A DNA stretch of 64,000 nucleotides from Lingula anatina. Lineage: Eukaryota; Animalia; Brachiopoda. Shown here piece by piece: positions 24,034-38,606 of the stretch. The notes beneath the pieces were generated by a model. It did no database searches. It saw nothing but the letters and a program-made list of their open reading frames with translations, and had not been told where the DNA came from. The stretch is from assembly GCA_051362555.1 (NCBI GenBank), contig CM120646.1:20088001-20152000 (forward strand), given 5' to 3'. Within the stretch, counting starts at the first letter, position 1, and each line of letters opens with the position of its first letter. Both the position numbers and the translations under genes were made by a program.

Positions 24034-26522
24034 TTTGCCTGCCTGGGGCGTCTAAGTGACCTGTTGGGACGAAAACGGGACAGCGCGTTTGTGTAATCTT
24101 ACCTGCCGTCGCAGTCTAAAAGGTAAGAAACAATAAACACCTGGAAACACCTAAGAAACAATAAACACCTGGCTTTTTACGATTTAGTAAGTTTGCGTAG
24201 TCGGGTTCGATATATTTTTTAATGAAGCGTAAAAATCCTGGATATGACAATTAAATGCATTATAAATTTAGTTCTTCAAAACTCATTTTATTAAAGAACA
24301 AGGGGCAATAATTTGGAATTCGAAGTTATTGTTTCATAGCTTTAGACTAGTTTAGCAGAGGAGTAAAAAGTACGATTGCAATATTGTGGCAACTTAGAAA
24401 TAGCAAATATAACACTGAATAGTCTCTATCCGAAGTCGCGCAAACAACATTTTTTTTTCGAAGAACCAAAATATTTTTATTACAGTTTAGACCATGTTTT
24501 CTTTCTAGTACAGCTCCAGGCTGTCGTTATGTCTAACATTTTTTTTAGATAAACTGTAGAAATAAACCGCAATTACACGTAGACCACACTTTACTAGCAT
24601 ATAATCTATGATTGATTTGAATTTCTCACTCAACAGCTGACCTTTATTCTGTCTGTCGGAACTGGTATTTGTCGTTTTCGGGAAATATTACAGTATGGAG
24701 ATAAGAAAAAAAAGCATGTGCGCTGATGCCAACGCCAAGACTGGTTGACAGACTTCCCCTTTACCAAAGCCGTAAATTTTATAATGTGAACTATTCTCTG
24801 ACGCACAGTGCAGAAAAATCCATCGTTTCACTAGAGACATGGTCTATATCCGTGAATATCCAGTAAAAATCATCCTGTAGCCCCAGGAGAGGGTAATAAC
24901 AGACTGAGGCACGCGATTGACCCCTGGTAAAGTGAAGCATTAAGCATAGAGCATCTAGCAACATGTCCTACCCTGGCTCCGTGTATTATCTTGTCTAAGA
25001 CCAGCCAAGAATTACGTAAACTATTTTGATTAAGGCTTCTATTCGAACTATACCTCTGCTTATCACGTTGTGTTCTACACGTTGTGTCCTTCTTATACAT
25101 TTTGGTTTTTGTTTAATTTGATCACCCTGCACCGATTCGTTTGCTTGAATGACTTATGTCAAGATAATTATGATCATAATAGAAATATATAATAACAATG
25201 ATTTTGTAAGAAAAAAGTAAACATGACACTTAAATTAATAAAGATGAATGGAATAATAAAAAACAAAGTATATCCAAGCTTACCATATAGCATTGCGCCA
25301 GTCCCTTTTATACGTTTTCTTTCTTTGTAATGGAACTTATGTCCAAAAATAAAATTCTGCAACTGATTATGTTTTCATTTCATGCTATATTTATATACCC
25401 AGCGCATACAAAAAAGGAAGCACCACGGGCATTTCTCATTGTATTTAAATAATTGAAAAATAGTTACATGTTTACGAAAAAATGCTATTCCAAAATCAAG
25501 GATGTCGTGATGTGAGGAGAATAAAACGTGTAATTATCACGTCTGATCTCAGACCAAATATTTAGGACTGATCGGAAACAAAAGTTCGCGAAAGATCAAC
25601 TTATAGAAGGAAATCTTAAAAACTTGACTGAAAATCCTATAGATGAGAATTAAATCGCAAAAACGTGTAGCAAATTATATCGAATATTCGAGAAAATGCA
25701 AATCAGCTCCTGACAACAAAACATTCGCATTACGCGTTTGTTGGAACTATGATGATGATACAAATTTACATTCAAACAAAACAAATGAATTCCCAGTACG
25801 TACCAACTTTCATCGTTCCGTAAGAGATGGATCTTCAGCGGACCAATATGCTATTCAAACTAGTAAATAAATAAATCTTTGCTCGTATTAAGAAAATTAT
25901 GCTTATAGCTTGAGCTTGCTTCATTTATATAGGCTCCAAATATACCCACCCAATGAGGTGTGATGTCAATTTAAGAGGTTTTGATCACTTTCTAATTTCC
26001 ACCGACATTTCCCGGTCTCAGGTGACACGATGCGGTGACTATTCATTATCTTCCCTGGGATTCCCGCCGCCAGAGTGGACCTAAGGACCACTTGAGCGGC
26101 CATATTGGAGCGAGGAGGGCAAAGTTAGTTGCGCGACAATGTTGATAAGAAACCCACGTGTCTATCCCGTTGTGTTAAAGTGTACACGGCGCTTGAAACT
26201 TTTTTTCCGCCTTTATTAATGACCAGTCTTGTATATCAGAAACTCTCCTTTAAAACAAGGGAAAACGATAGTTAAAGAGGACGCAAAACCAAAGTTTGGA
26301 AGTCGCAGTCCCTCTCCCCCCTCTCCAGATAAAATACAGAATATAAATAGAAAAAATAGATTTAAAAAAAAAAGGATACGGCATATGCAGTATCGTGTTA
26401 AGAAAAGTATACCAAAGTATGAACCTTAATCAACAGTAAAATAAGTAAAATAAAATTACTACCAAATTTATACCACGTGTTGCATATATTATATAGTTGA
26501 AATACACTGTATTATCCGTATT

Positions 26523-26790
26523 CAGGGGCGGATCCAGGATTATTTGAAGAGGGAGGCTCACCGCTGGGTCCGCGGATGCGAAACCGACCCACCCCCACCC
26601 CCTTTGGGTGAGGTTCGGGGCCCGCTGGTATTTTAGAGGTCGAACGGTGCCATTTTGGTATGGTTTAGAGCTATGCTTCAGCTAGTCAAAGTTCTAATTT
26701 CAAGAGGGGACCATTGGTGTGATTTTTTGTTCAGAAATCGAAAGGGGGGGGGGGGGGTAGCCCCCAACACCCCACCTTAATCCGCCACTG
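26523..26790. mobile_element. hAT-like MITE with 6-bp TSD
   Basis: TIR caggggcggat...atccgccactg flanked by cgtatt on both sides. Confidence 0.75.
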
Positions 26791-28489
26791 CGTATTATAG
26801 CAGGTTGACGCTCGGCCCCCAGTTGACTTCGCAGTGTTTATTGTGTTATAAGAACTAAACTGCTTGAATTTTTTTAGAATATCTAGTAGGAACAGGAATG
26901 GGAGGGTGGTGGTGTTAAGATATTATGGGGTGCCTTCTATTTTGACGTGCACCGTCTCTAGGTGAGTTGGGTGGGAAAAAACTAGGGGTGGAAGTTCATA
27001 GAACAGGGAAGGCAATGGGAGCATGAGGTAGACCCCCTACAAGTCCCTACTCTTTTCTCTCACGTACATGTATTTCCTGCGAGCACGAGGCAAAATTATT
27101 TTCCTCTCTCTGTATTACTTCTTTCTAACAAAGGTCTTCTATATCACGACTCCATTTTATTTATCAATTCATCATTTATTTATTATCATTATTTTGCAAA
27201 AATTATCTATGGTTATTCCTCCTCACTGTGGTTGAATTTTGGATCAGTCGTGCAAAAAGTACGGCGACTGGATGTAAAAATTAAGGCCTGCCTCCGCGAT
27301 GTGTATCAGAATTGTGTGCCGGTCTATTTTCAGCTCATAAAATTATATTTTATTATATATAATAGCTATACAACATGGTTTTACCTCAATGGTCACCAGC
27401 GCTAATATGGTCGTAATAACGTCTTCGGGCGTGTATCCTGACTCATGTTGACGTCGGTATTGGCGCTAACGCTGTGACTTCCCTTATGTGATGCATCTGT
27501 TTAAAATTATCTTCGTGGAATCTCTTAAGGGTACCGATTTTTTTAAAAAAATTCTAATGATTTCTGAACTCTGGCCCTGGTCGTTCTTTTATCCAAAAAT
27601 GAGAGGTGACTCTTCCTAGCACGCAATGTCTTAGCAGCGGCGGGGACTCTCTGGAGTAGGCTACATATTACTCTCAATGTACTCCAGTGCATCCAGTATA
27701 TGTTTTCCGTTTAAAATACCTATCAGGAATGTTGGTGTTGGTGTTGACATTTTTGCCACATTTTGGTGGGTGTCAATTTTCACTTAGTAGGCCCCTATTA
27801 CATTTCACAACAACAAGCTGTTGTAAAGTAGCGCTTCTATTATCTGCTCTTACTCTAAATCACCTAGGCATCTATTTTTATGCATCAGCTGTTTCCATCA
27901 TTCTTACATTGCACACAGGTTACGTGTTTAACAACTTAATGTAAGTTGTAGTTCAAAAAAAGTAAAACAATGTACGCGTCTTTAAAGTGGGACAGCGTCA
28001 TTTAGTGCTAACCACTGCGCAGGCGCAAGGTGAGTTGACAGAAAGGTGGAGGTAAATGGCCTGTGTGTATGAACACGTGCGATAGCCGAAGAATGTAGGC
28101 CTGGAGATTTTCTTTTATTTTTTTTTCTCTCTTTCTTTTTTTTTTTAAATAAATTTTTCTAGCGATATTTACGCATGAGCAAAAGCTAGATCCACCAACG
28201 TATCCCCCCGCCTTTTAAAATCCTCAATCCACTTCAGACTCGGCAGAAAGAAGTGCTACAGGTCAAACTGGGCGGCGTTGAGAGCAACAACTTGTACACC
28301 TGTCTAGAATCGCATTGACGCACTGGAAATTGCTTTTCGTTATCTCCGTGAGCGGAAAGCTGATCTTCTTTTTAAGGATAATGTTATAAAGAAATTATCG
28401 TTATAACTACACACGCTTCATATGAATTCACCTTAGGTAAGGAAATGGAGACATTGGTTCAGATCGCAGCCCAGAAAAAGGATGCTGCC

Positions 28490-28526
<37 letters not shown>

Positions 28527-31381
28527 ACAGATTCAAATTTGAGAATGAAACGTGCGTCATTATATCGATAATCAAGCTACGCCCCGACCAGGAAATGCAC
28601 ACCATATGCCCCTCATTGAAAAATCAGAATACCCGGAAATTGTTATAAAAATGAAAAACTGTGTGTTCAGGGAAAGAGCGGGGGAGGGGGGGGGAGGGGG
28701 GGGGGGAGGTTCCCTTCGGCTCGTTTTTACTTCTGCGTCCCCATCTTTTCTCTCCCAGGCAACAAAACCCTGCGAATGTTTGTGTAAATTATTTCCGCCA
28801 TTTTCTCAGGCTAGCGTCAGTGTGTGTTTCAACACGCAGTCAACGAGTTGATTGCATTTCGTTGTGTAGAGACTTCATTTTCAGTTAGACATACTTGTAA
28901 GAGTTATTTTATTCCGCTAAAAGCCCAAGCGAGTCAGAATCTTTTTAATAAGCCGGAGAAAAATCTGCACGTTATCTGTAAAGTGAGAAAGTGCATGCAT
29001 GATTCAGATTTGACACCTCGGAACTGACGGACACAAGTGCGTCAATAATTACGCATTTGCTTGCTCTTCGTGTTATTAAAAAGAAAAAGGTACAGATATG
29101 CAATTTTTAATTTGCATTTGGTCCGCTTATATTACGTCAAAATGTAAAGACTCAATACAAAGAATGCCCCCAGGATCTTCAACGTCGGCTTCTGATTATC
29201 ATGAAATAAAATATAAAATTCATACGTGTGCTTCAAGAACGCACACGGATGTTTAAGTTAATAAAAGGATCGCGCGCATTTCTCGCAAAAGTTAACTTTT
29301 TTTTTGAACAGCAGTAACGCTAAATGACGCAATTTTATGTTAAAAGAGACGAAGAAAAAATTATGAATTAAGAAATATATAGATAAATCATACTCATTAA
29401 TCATATAGACAAGTAGATGATTTTATATTTTGACACAAAGTTTAAGAGAGGCCAGACGCATATATTTATCTTTCCCTGTCATCGCATTTTATGATCTTAA
29501 AAATTCAATCTCGAAATGACATCATTGTTAGCACTAATAAGTCACTTACTGATACATTGAAAGAAAACAGAAAGTAAAAAACCGTATCCAAATTTCTGAA
29601 AAACATTAGCGTCTGCAATCTTTGAGCAGAGCAGTGTTTGGCAGTTCTCCGTTTATCAAAATGCAAACAGATAAAAGCGTACTTGAAGCGCGTCTCAAGT
29701 GGAGTTGAAGATGGCGCATATGCCGAGGTTTATCCTGTTTCGGAGACAATAAAGCAGTCGTGTAGACCAAAGATGAAAACATAAGAAGCACTTGGATGTA
29801 TTTTTCTCAGCCTGTGTTTTTACCGAGAAAAAGAAACAGATCACGCTTTAAGGAAATGTAGCACTGCTTCTTCGTTTCCACAGAAAAAATAGATTAAGAA
29901 AAGTTTCAAATTGTCAAGTGGCACCGAGGATGACACTTTCGACGAAATTCACTTCATTGGAAACACCAAATATAGATTTTATGTAGATTTTTGGAATAAG
30001 TTGAATATATTTTCTCCTTATACTATATGCAAAAAGACTTCAGCGGTATTTTAAGAGAAAGAGGAATTTCTACACACACACACATTCGTATTCAAAGTCC
30101 GCCTGGAATATTCTTCGTGTGAAAATTAAAATGTTTCCATAAATGTGGCCACAAGCACTCAGCTTTTTTTCTTTTAAAAAAAAAGGACATTACCGTAATA
30201 AAAAGTAATAAATCATCATGCATACTGTTTTTTAAACTTAAATAAGCCGACATTATTTTTTTTTAATTTGTAAGACGACCTTCAAATTAATACACATTAA
30301 ATAAAAAGACAGACGCTATATGATTGGATATATTATTATTTAAAACAATACTCGGGGATGCCTAGTGACAAAAATATTCATATATATATTTAATAGTCAT
30401 ACAGGGTAAAAAACAAAATATGTAAATATCTTAAAATTATGTCTCCTTATATTTTGACATTTTAACATACGACCGTGTTTGTTTACGCTCGAATTGTTCA
30501 TAACGCCATTAACTTTAATTAAATGCTCGCTGTTATGTTGACCCTAATTAATGTTCATGATAATGTTAACCTTAATTAAATATTACAATGTTACAATGTT
30601 ATACTAAATTAGATGTTCATTACAATATGTTAACCTAAACTTATATTCTTTACAGCGGAACTTAGTGGTAATGATATGCAATACACGTAATTTTTAAAGA
30701 TTTTCAGCAAAAGAAAAAGTATTAAGCTGAAATAAAAATATATCTTTATTTAAATACTGAAGTAAATCAAACAAATACAACAAAATTATAGGGAATGAGA
30801 AATAAAAGACTTAAAGCAAGTCTTCAAAAACCTGTATACATAGGACTTAAACATCTCAAAAAATATTCAATACCAACATATTTGCAAAACATACCGTACG
30901 ATCCGAGATCGAATACGTGTTGAAGTTCTAGGTTGAGAAGAAAGTAATAAAAATAATACAAAATAAGAATTCGTGAGATAAATACAGAGTAGATATAAAG
31001 AGGAATGTGGTTCTTTGGTACTTCCTGGACAGAACACATCACAAAAATTCACCAAAAAAAAAAAAAAAAAAAACGCAACAGAAAGATGGTGAATGAAAGC
31101 GGGTGGGTGGGGGGGTGGGGGGTGGGGGGGGGGAGGCACCGAGCACCACATCAGATCATACCGTGTGTATCACATTGCTTTATATACATTACTTTTGACA
31201 TGATAATGTTTGTGCAAGTATTTATATGTGTTAGTTACATAAACTATGCACACAATAACCTGACCTGGACCGCTATAACACGATCTACTTTTTCTCCAGA
31301 CCCTCACCAACGATTTCCCTCAGCTTTTTACATTACAAAACACATCCGCAAATGATAAGGAGACTAAATACGTCTATATAA

Positions 31382-31436
<55 letters not shown>

Positions 31437-31625
31437 AACGCAATGCTTTGGGTTTACTTTCAGCTAATTTTGAAAATGACCTTTTCAGCATTAATGGGGA
31501 TAAGAAGGAATATAAAATGTCTTAATATATAAAAGGAAGACCAGAACGGTGAATGCTGGTCTGCGTGTACTGGCTTAACAAAGGCATAAAAAGGTACATG
31601 TCTGACCATATTCATTGTGAGTTAA

Positions 31626-31963
31626 AGGGATAATAACTCTTCGTATGAGATCTATATTTCACAATAAAAACCTTGTGAATAACTCATAGAAATATAATAT
31701 ATTCTGTTTTACCACAAAAACAGCAGTTATAGCTTTTATTCTGATATCTGAACTTGTCTTTAGACCACGTGACCTCCATTGATGTCTATACTCTGTTAAA
31801 ATCTCTTAAGAGATTTTAACAAAAAACCAAACTTTTTAGAAAAAAAAACAGGGACTAACTTTGAATGTAAAAATGGATTCATTAACCATTGGTAAGTATG
31901 GGAAAATTGTTGTTTACTCCAGGAAAATTCATTTTTTGGCCGAAACGAAGAGTTATTATTGCT
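31626..31963. mobile_element. Kolobok-like MITE, copy 2
   Basis: TTAA|agggataataactcttcgt ... acgaagagttattattgct|TTAA: 19-bp TIR with 2 mismatches. Homologous to 6153-6476. Confidence 0.8.
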
Positions 31964-31980
31964 TTAATGTGATAAATTTT

Positions 31981-32218
31981 ATTTTTTTCAAAACCTTCTT
32001 CAAATTTTTAAATTGCACCTTAAACATCTAAGAGACAAGCAAGCACACTATATTTTTATTGTAAATAGAACCTTATTTTTTTCAAAACCTTAATCAAATT
32101 TTTAATTTGCACCTTAAACATCTTAGAGACAAGCAAGCACGCTGTATTTTTATTGTAAATAGAACCTTATTTTTTTTCAAAACCTTATTCAAATTTTTAA
32201 TTTGCACCTTAAACATCT
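31981..32218. repeat. ~94-bp tandem repeat, ~2.5 copies
   Basis: caccttaaacatc recurs at about 32016, 32110 and 32205 with the intervening sequence conserved. Confidence 0.85.
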
Positions 32219-32243
32219 TCACAAGGACTTCAATTATTCTATT

Positions 32244-32413
32244 CAGGCTCGTTGCCGGGGAGGGGGGTGGGGGGGGGGGTTCAAACGCACATCCCATTTA
32301 GGTGGGAAAGATCAGTTCTAGGTAAAATTTGATATAGGGACATGAGGGATTGATGGTGAAAAGTCCATTTTTTCTAGAAAAAGACCCCCTTGAAATTGCT
32401 GGCTACGGGCTTG
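32244..32413. mobile_element. hAT-like MITE with 5-bp TSD, copy 2
   Basis: caggctcgttgcc...ggctacgggcttg flanked by ctatt/ctatt. Internal similarity to 17513-17678. Confidence 0.7.
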
Positions 32414-33063
32414 CTATTTCCATTAGAAAGAAGAACCTTGTGATTCTGTTCCAACTCTGCTCCATTAAAATCAAGGTGGTACATATATAACAGTAATACA
32501 CACTTATATTAACAAATAAACATATACAAACATAACAAGAACAATCACAGTAACAGTAAATGGAAACCAGTTCAGATCACATTAAGAATTTTGACATAAT
32601 TATAATAGCACTTATTATACAATTAAAAAAATTTGACCAATGATCAAAAACAATGAGAACACTGCTCAGCAATGGAGCATGAATACCAAATCCTACTTTG
32701 ATCTTTGACACAAAACCATGGAAAAAATAAATTATTGATTCCTAGCCAGCAATGAAAGAAAAAAAATCAAGTCACTTAGATTTCACAGATATATTATAGA
32801 TAAGTACTTATGATTAACAGATCCTGCACAGTGGGTGGGTGGGTAGGGGTAGGTCTTTTTTTTTTTCAGGGGGAGGGGGGGCTAGATAGAATGCCTCTGA
32901 CTCCAGGAGAACTTCAATTTATTAAAAAAAAAAAAAGCATGCACACACTTCTTAAGTTACTTACATGACCCTGAAAAACAGTTACCAGGACAGTAACAGA
33001 ACACAAACAGATCTAACCAACCCAAACTATCAAACAACTTCAATTTACAATACTTTTGTCTAC

Positions 33064-36000
33064 CTATCCTTTATCATTACACTGTAGCTGCTCCAACCCC
33101 TCCATCACTTTGAGAATGTCCAGTAAACTGAGGTTCAGTTCCTCTTTCAGCATCTTGTAGAAAAATCCTGGTGCCGTGAACGACATCTTGACCAGTTGCC
33201 CCAGTAACTTTCCATTAAAGCCAGAAAACCTGAAAGCGACACAATAATTTACATGTTACATGGATCATTAAAATGATAATCACAAATTATTATATCCAAA
33301 AACTTGACAGATACAGGTAACATACTGGTACAATGTCATCACCACAACTGTTGAGCTTTCACAGATGTATGATTTATCCTATTTAATACAAGTTCAAGTG
33401 TACATGGATGTACAGATGAAAATATTAGTAAAAGGACTGAGGGACAGTCAAAGAAACAGGCAGACAAAAGAAAAAAAGGGCAAATCTACAAACTGATAAA
33501 CAAATGTGCTGGATAGGCAGCCAGACAGAAAGCCATAGAGAATAAAACTGAGCAAATTACTTGGTAAATCATAAACAATTTATAAATTAACTGTTCAGTT
33601 TTAAGACTCATATTAAGCGAGTAATCAATGTAGGCCCGTAGCCGGCAATTTCAGAAGGGGGGGTCTTTTTTCTGAATAAGTGGACCCTTATCTATGAAAC
33701 CTTTGTGCACCGAGATCAAATGTTACCCAGAATGGACCCTTTCCTGACAAAAAGGGTGGTTCTTTCAAACCCCCCCCAACCCCCCCTGAATACAGGCCTG
33801 CGTTGTCTCAAAACCTGACTAGATGCAACCAAAAAGTATAACTTGGAGGAAAAAAACGTTTTGTTACATTGTTTCCTAAAAAAACCCTTTCTGAGCTTTA
33901 AGGACTGAAAGAAAAAGTAGTTGCTTTTTATATTCTTTAAAGAGTGTATTTAAGTACTTCCTACATGCTGCAAAACATTCATATATTTACATATATTTCC
34001 TTACCTCTGTGCAATATGTGCCAGATCATTATCCTCTAGCCATTTCTTTATATCTTCCTCAGTCCAATCCCTGTGTTGCCATGGTATCGGGCCAGCAATT
34101 TGAGGCTCTGACAACACCATTTTGGGTGGTGCATTCTGGGGCTTTGATTCAGGAAACATAGAATGAGGCGAAGACACTGGTTTCTTGACACTGCTGCTTG
34201 GGGCTGGCAATGGTGCTGGCTTAGGTGCTGCTTCAACAACTAATGGTGGTAAAAAATTGAAATGCTTTTTTACAGTTGTCCTGCTATCAATCATTAACTG
34301 AATTTTTTTAACTTCAATTTTTTATTGCCAATTGCAAAAACAAATAAAACTGATATGAAGAAAAATTAATCCAAAATATATGTTAATCTTTTTATCATCT
34401 CTGTAGAATATGGGGGCATGAACCTTTGTAAAGTATTGGTACTAATACTAGTAACACTCTCTTTTTTTTTCATAAAAGAAAGTACTTTCAATTTAATATC
34501 TTTTTTGAAAATCTTTCTTTTTAAATAATTTACCTTCTTGTGTACTGAGGCTAATAGGTCTCTCTGGGGATCCTGAAATTCCCCCGTTGACCGTTCCATT
34601 GACCCGACCTCTTGGTCCTATCTCTTTGGCCACTCGTGGAAGGTTCTCGTTGACAAATTCTTCAGTACTTATGTCAAACCAGAGCTTTGTTCCAAGCATT
34701 ATACCTAAGATAAATATAGTCTGAACTAGTTTCCATAAAAAAGTTAATTAGAAACTTTTTGACTGTGCTAAAAGACTTATTTTCACACTGTCCACCAGGT
34801 GGCATCGGGAAACTAGACAAGATATTAATAGAAGTACACAGTCCCAACTCCTATTCCCATATATGTAGACACTTATTAAAAAATCGTCAACTACACAGTA
34901 CATGTTAGTTCGTTACGTCCTCATTTGTCTGCTGCATAGCAGGAGTGAAAAAATGTCTCATTTTTGGATTTTGTTGTGTTGCCTCATAACAGAATACAAT
35001 GTGAAACAGCCAGAACAGTGGAGTACACTCAAACACTGTTACAGTGTAGTTTTGGCCCTAGAAAAATCAGTGGTATGGCTAAATAGGCTTTTCACTTTCT
35101 TCTGTAAAGATGATAAAAATAAATTAGCTTCTAAATCTATACTCAATAAATATTAGAGAATTGTTTCTCATGGCTAAAAACACATCAAGTTAATGTTGCC
35201 GCTTTCTACTCACCCAGCCACCCATCTGGTAAATACTGTTGCTGTAATCTCAGAGGGACAACATCTTTTCTAAGACGATATGCATACTCAGCCTCTGGAA
35301 TGTGAATAGATATGCAAATTTAAAAGAAAAAAGTCTGAAATGTATGCAGGAAAAAAGGATTGCTGACAATTTATTCACGCCAAAAAAGCTTCCAAAATAT
35401 ATCACAAAAAAGTAGTGTAATTAATCAAAATAAGAATAATAAATAAATAAACAAAATAAAATATTTCAAATAATCTTGTTATAGCCTGCCCAACTGTAGT
35501 TCATTTGTATTGTTTGTGTTCACTTAAAGTAATCATGTAGCCCATGCAAGATTATGATCCCCTATCTCAGAGCTTTGTTTCATTTCAACTTTTATGCTGT
35601 AATTGTTAAGATTAATTTATAATTCTTATAATTCCAGTTGAGGAATGTGGCACAAATGTTACTTTAACGGTTGTGAAAGGGGGGGGGGGGGAGGAGGGGA
35701 CCATGCCTTCCTGGGTTGTGGAGAGGGGGGAGGGACACTGTCTCTTCCTGGGTTGTAAAGGGGGGAGGGGACTGTGCCTTCCTTGAGGAAACTCTCACCA
35801 GTTCTACAGCTGGGACTGTCCTTGTACTGCTGAGACATACAGATCAATATCACAGCTGCCTTCTCCACTGCATGCGCCATAGCCTCTAGGGTAGAGCCAG
35901 CTGGAATGAGGATCAGAGGCTTAATGAAAGTATAGAATAATGCATATTTAAGCTTATTCTAAAAAGGCATAAAATCATGTGTTTTTACTATCTGAGGTAC

Positions 36001-36643
36001 TTCAAAAATTTTACAGCCAAAGTCAAATATTGTGTGCTGAACTAGTAAAATGGCAAATATAAAATGTAAGCACTTCTTAAAATCAATGCAATTTTACTGA
36101 TCAAAAGAAAAAAGTTGGTTGACCTAGTCTGATAAATAGTGTAGAGCCATGGGAGAAAGTTGTAAAAACTGAAAATCCTGAAAACGTAGATTGCAATTTT
36201 TCTTACTACATTTAGACCATATGAAAAAAAAAGGATCAATTTGAAAGACTTAAAACCCGGAAAGTCTTTTTTCTTTTTCTGGCCAAAAGGGCAGTTCTTT
36301 CAAATGCCCTGACTCCCCCTTAGCTATGGCTCTATCAACTCACTGAGCCATCCCCGGTTCTCACTTACTCATGTGATCCACATCCATCCAGACCTTGTAT
36401 CCACATGTTCTCAGGTAGTCCCTCACTCTCAGCATGGTGGGCTTAGAACCCCAGTTGTAGCTGATCATGACATGTGGGGCACCACCATTATCATCAGCAT
36501 CACCATCTGAAAATATATACCAACTGTTAATTAACTTATCATAACATGTGGGGCATCACCATTATTATCAGAATCACCCTCTGAAAATCGAATTGTGATT
36601 TAGAGCGGAGCTTGACTGGTCAAAAGGGAGGTTCTCTCACTCC

Positions 36644-36674
<31 letters not shown>

Positions 36675-38517
36675 GAGCCCTGCTAATGAATCTGTAAACA
36701 TTATAATTGAGATAAATTATTTCTAAATCTTCCATCACCAAGAAGACTTACCCTGAGTGTATTTGACATCTGCTTCACCTGGCTGCATATTTGCTTTCTC
36801 CGCTAGCTTGTCCTGTATTACCCATAATGCTCCTCTTGCAGACTGACTGATATCGTCTATTGGACTGGCGGCAGTCCTTTCTAGTACTAAAATACACATA
36901 AAAGACAATAAATATATTACTTGGTTTCACAAAAAGAATGTGTAAGTTTGTACCAAAAACACCGTAAGGCTGACTCTGGGATGTTGATCTGAGGAACAAA
37001 TGTGGCCATACGGCGTAAAGTGGTGTGAACTGTTTAACAGATAAGACAAGAAATAAGAGACAAGAAACACCACAAAAACTGAAAACAAAAAATTTTCCAC
37101 ACTCCTGGCCACTATGTATGGGTGCCAAGAGTGGGGAATGTCCTGTGCCTCTCTTGCAGTACTAGGAACACACACTAGCTATGCACACCCCATGGGGTTA
37201 TCTCACATTTTAATGAGTGAATGAATAAAAAAAGTAAATGAATATATGAATAAATTATATCAATAAATAGATACATGAACAGATGAATGAACAAATCAAT
37301 TGAAATATTGCATATTGTAAAAATCTATGTTCAACTTGTTATTACTCAATATAATTTAATGCTTCAATCCTATAATTGTAATCCTATCTACTGAGTGTAT
37401 ATTTTATTGAAACAACAAAATCTCATTTTCACACAAGTAACAAGGAAAATTCTTCAAAAAACATCAATTTGGAAAAGGACATCCCCACTGCTGCCCCACC
37501 TTCCATTAGGCCTGGTTCATCTCGTATCTTCTGTTTATTTTCCTCACTGAAGGCCAGAGTCCAGACACACTGAGCCGCCAGGACTTGCTCCGCCTTCGAA
37601 TTCTCCGGCCTCAGAAGCTGGACGCAGCTCGGAAGAATGCCCCCCTCCACCAATTTCTCTTTGTTTGCATCATTGGAGGCCAGTTTGTTCAAGGCATGCA
37701 GTAGCTCACTTGTTCTATACCCAGATTTCACAGAATAGTGCTTGTCATTTGCTAATGTGCCTTTTAACAGCTCAATCATGAAATGAATATTAGCATCACT
37801 GGCATTCAAGATATCATTTTCAGCTTCAGTCGTTATATAAGCCAAAACAAAAAGAGTTTTGGTTTTAATTGTCAAAAAAGTCGTTTGTAGAAATCTGGAT
37901 AATATTTCAAGGGTATTTGCATTTCTAAATACTTGGGCACTTTCTGGAACGTTTTGGGAGATATTATGGTACATTCCCAAAATGGCCTTTACCAGAAAGC
38001 GTGAGTAGTCAGTGGTTAACTCGTTGGGTGCCAGGCGCTCATCCTGCAGGATTCTTAACGTGAGTTCAATGATTCCTACTTCTATAGCCTTTGTACAGCA
38101 TTCGGGTCCCCTATCAGTACAGTTCCATATGATCCCCATGGCAACCTTCATGTTCGTCATAGCATCGGCTGACCCTGAAATAACAAAGAACACACATCTG
38201 CAATATTCTATCGAGAAAGAATTAAGTTTTTTTCTTTGATCAACAGCTAAATAATGAAATTGATTATCTCCAATACTTGAAAAAAAATTACTTTTTTCTT
38301 ATAACATAACACAGTTGATGCAATTCTTTTCTGAGCTACTGAAAAAGTATTCAAATCTATTTATCTCACAGAAGTCACTAAAATGCAAGATTTACACTAA
38401 GTCTAGCTTATTAGTAGTTTCCATATATTTTCATAAATAATATTTAAGCTAAAATGAAGTAAAAAACATTCAAATATCCTTTTATCCATTTATTATGACT
38501 TGACCTGAAGATGTGAA

Positions 38518-38564
<47 letters not shown>

Positions 38565-38575
38565 AAATAAATAAA

Positions 38576-38606
<31 letters not shown>

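Noticed and set aside
24100-33000. Numerous 60-116 aa ORFs in the intergenic region
   Set aside because: Low-complexity or homopolymer-driven, with no consistent splice phases or recognisable domains.
35660-35790. G-rich degenerate tandem repeat with G-quadruplex potential
   Set aside because: Intronic, and poly-G/poly-C tracts are common throughout this window; no evidence of function.
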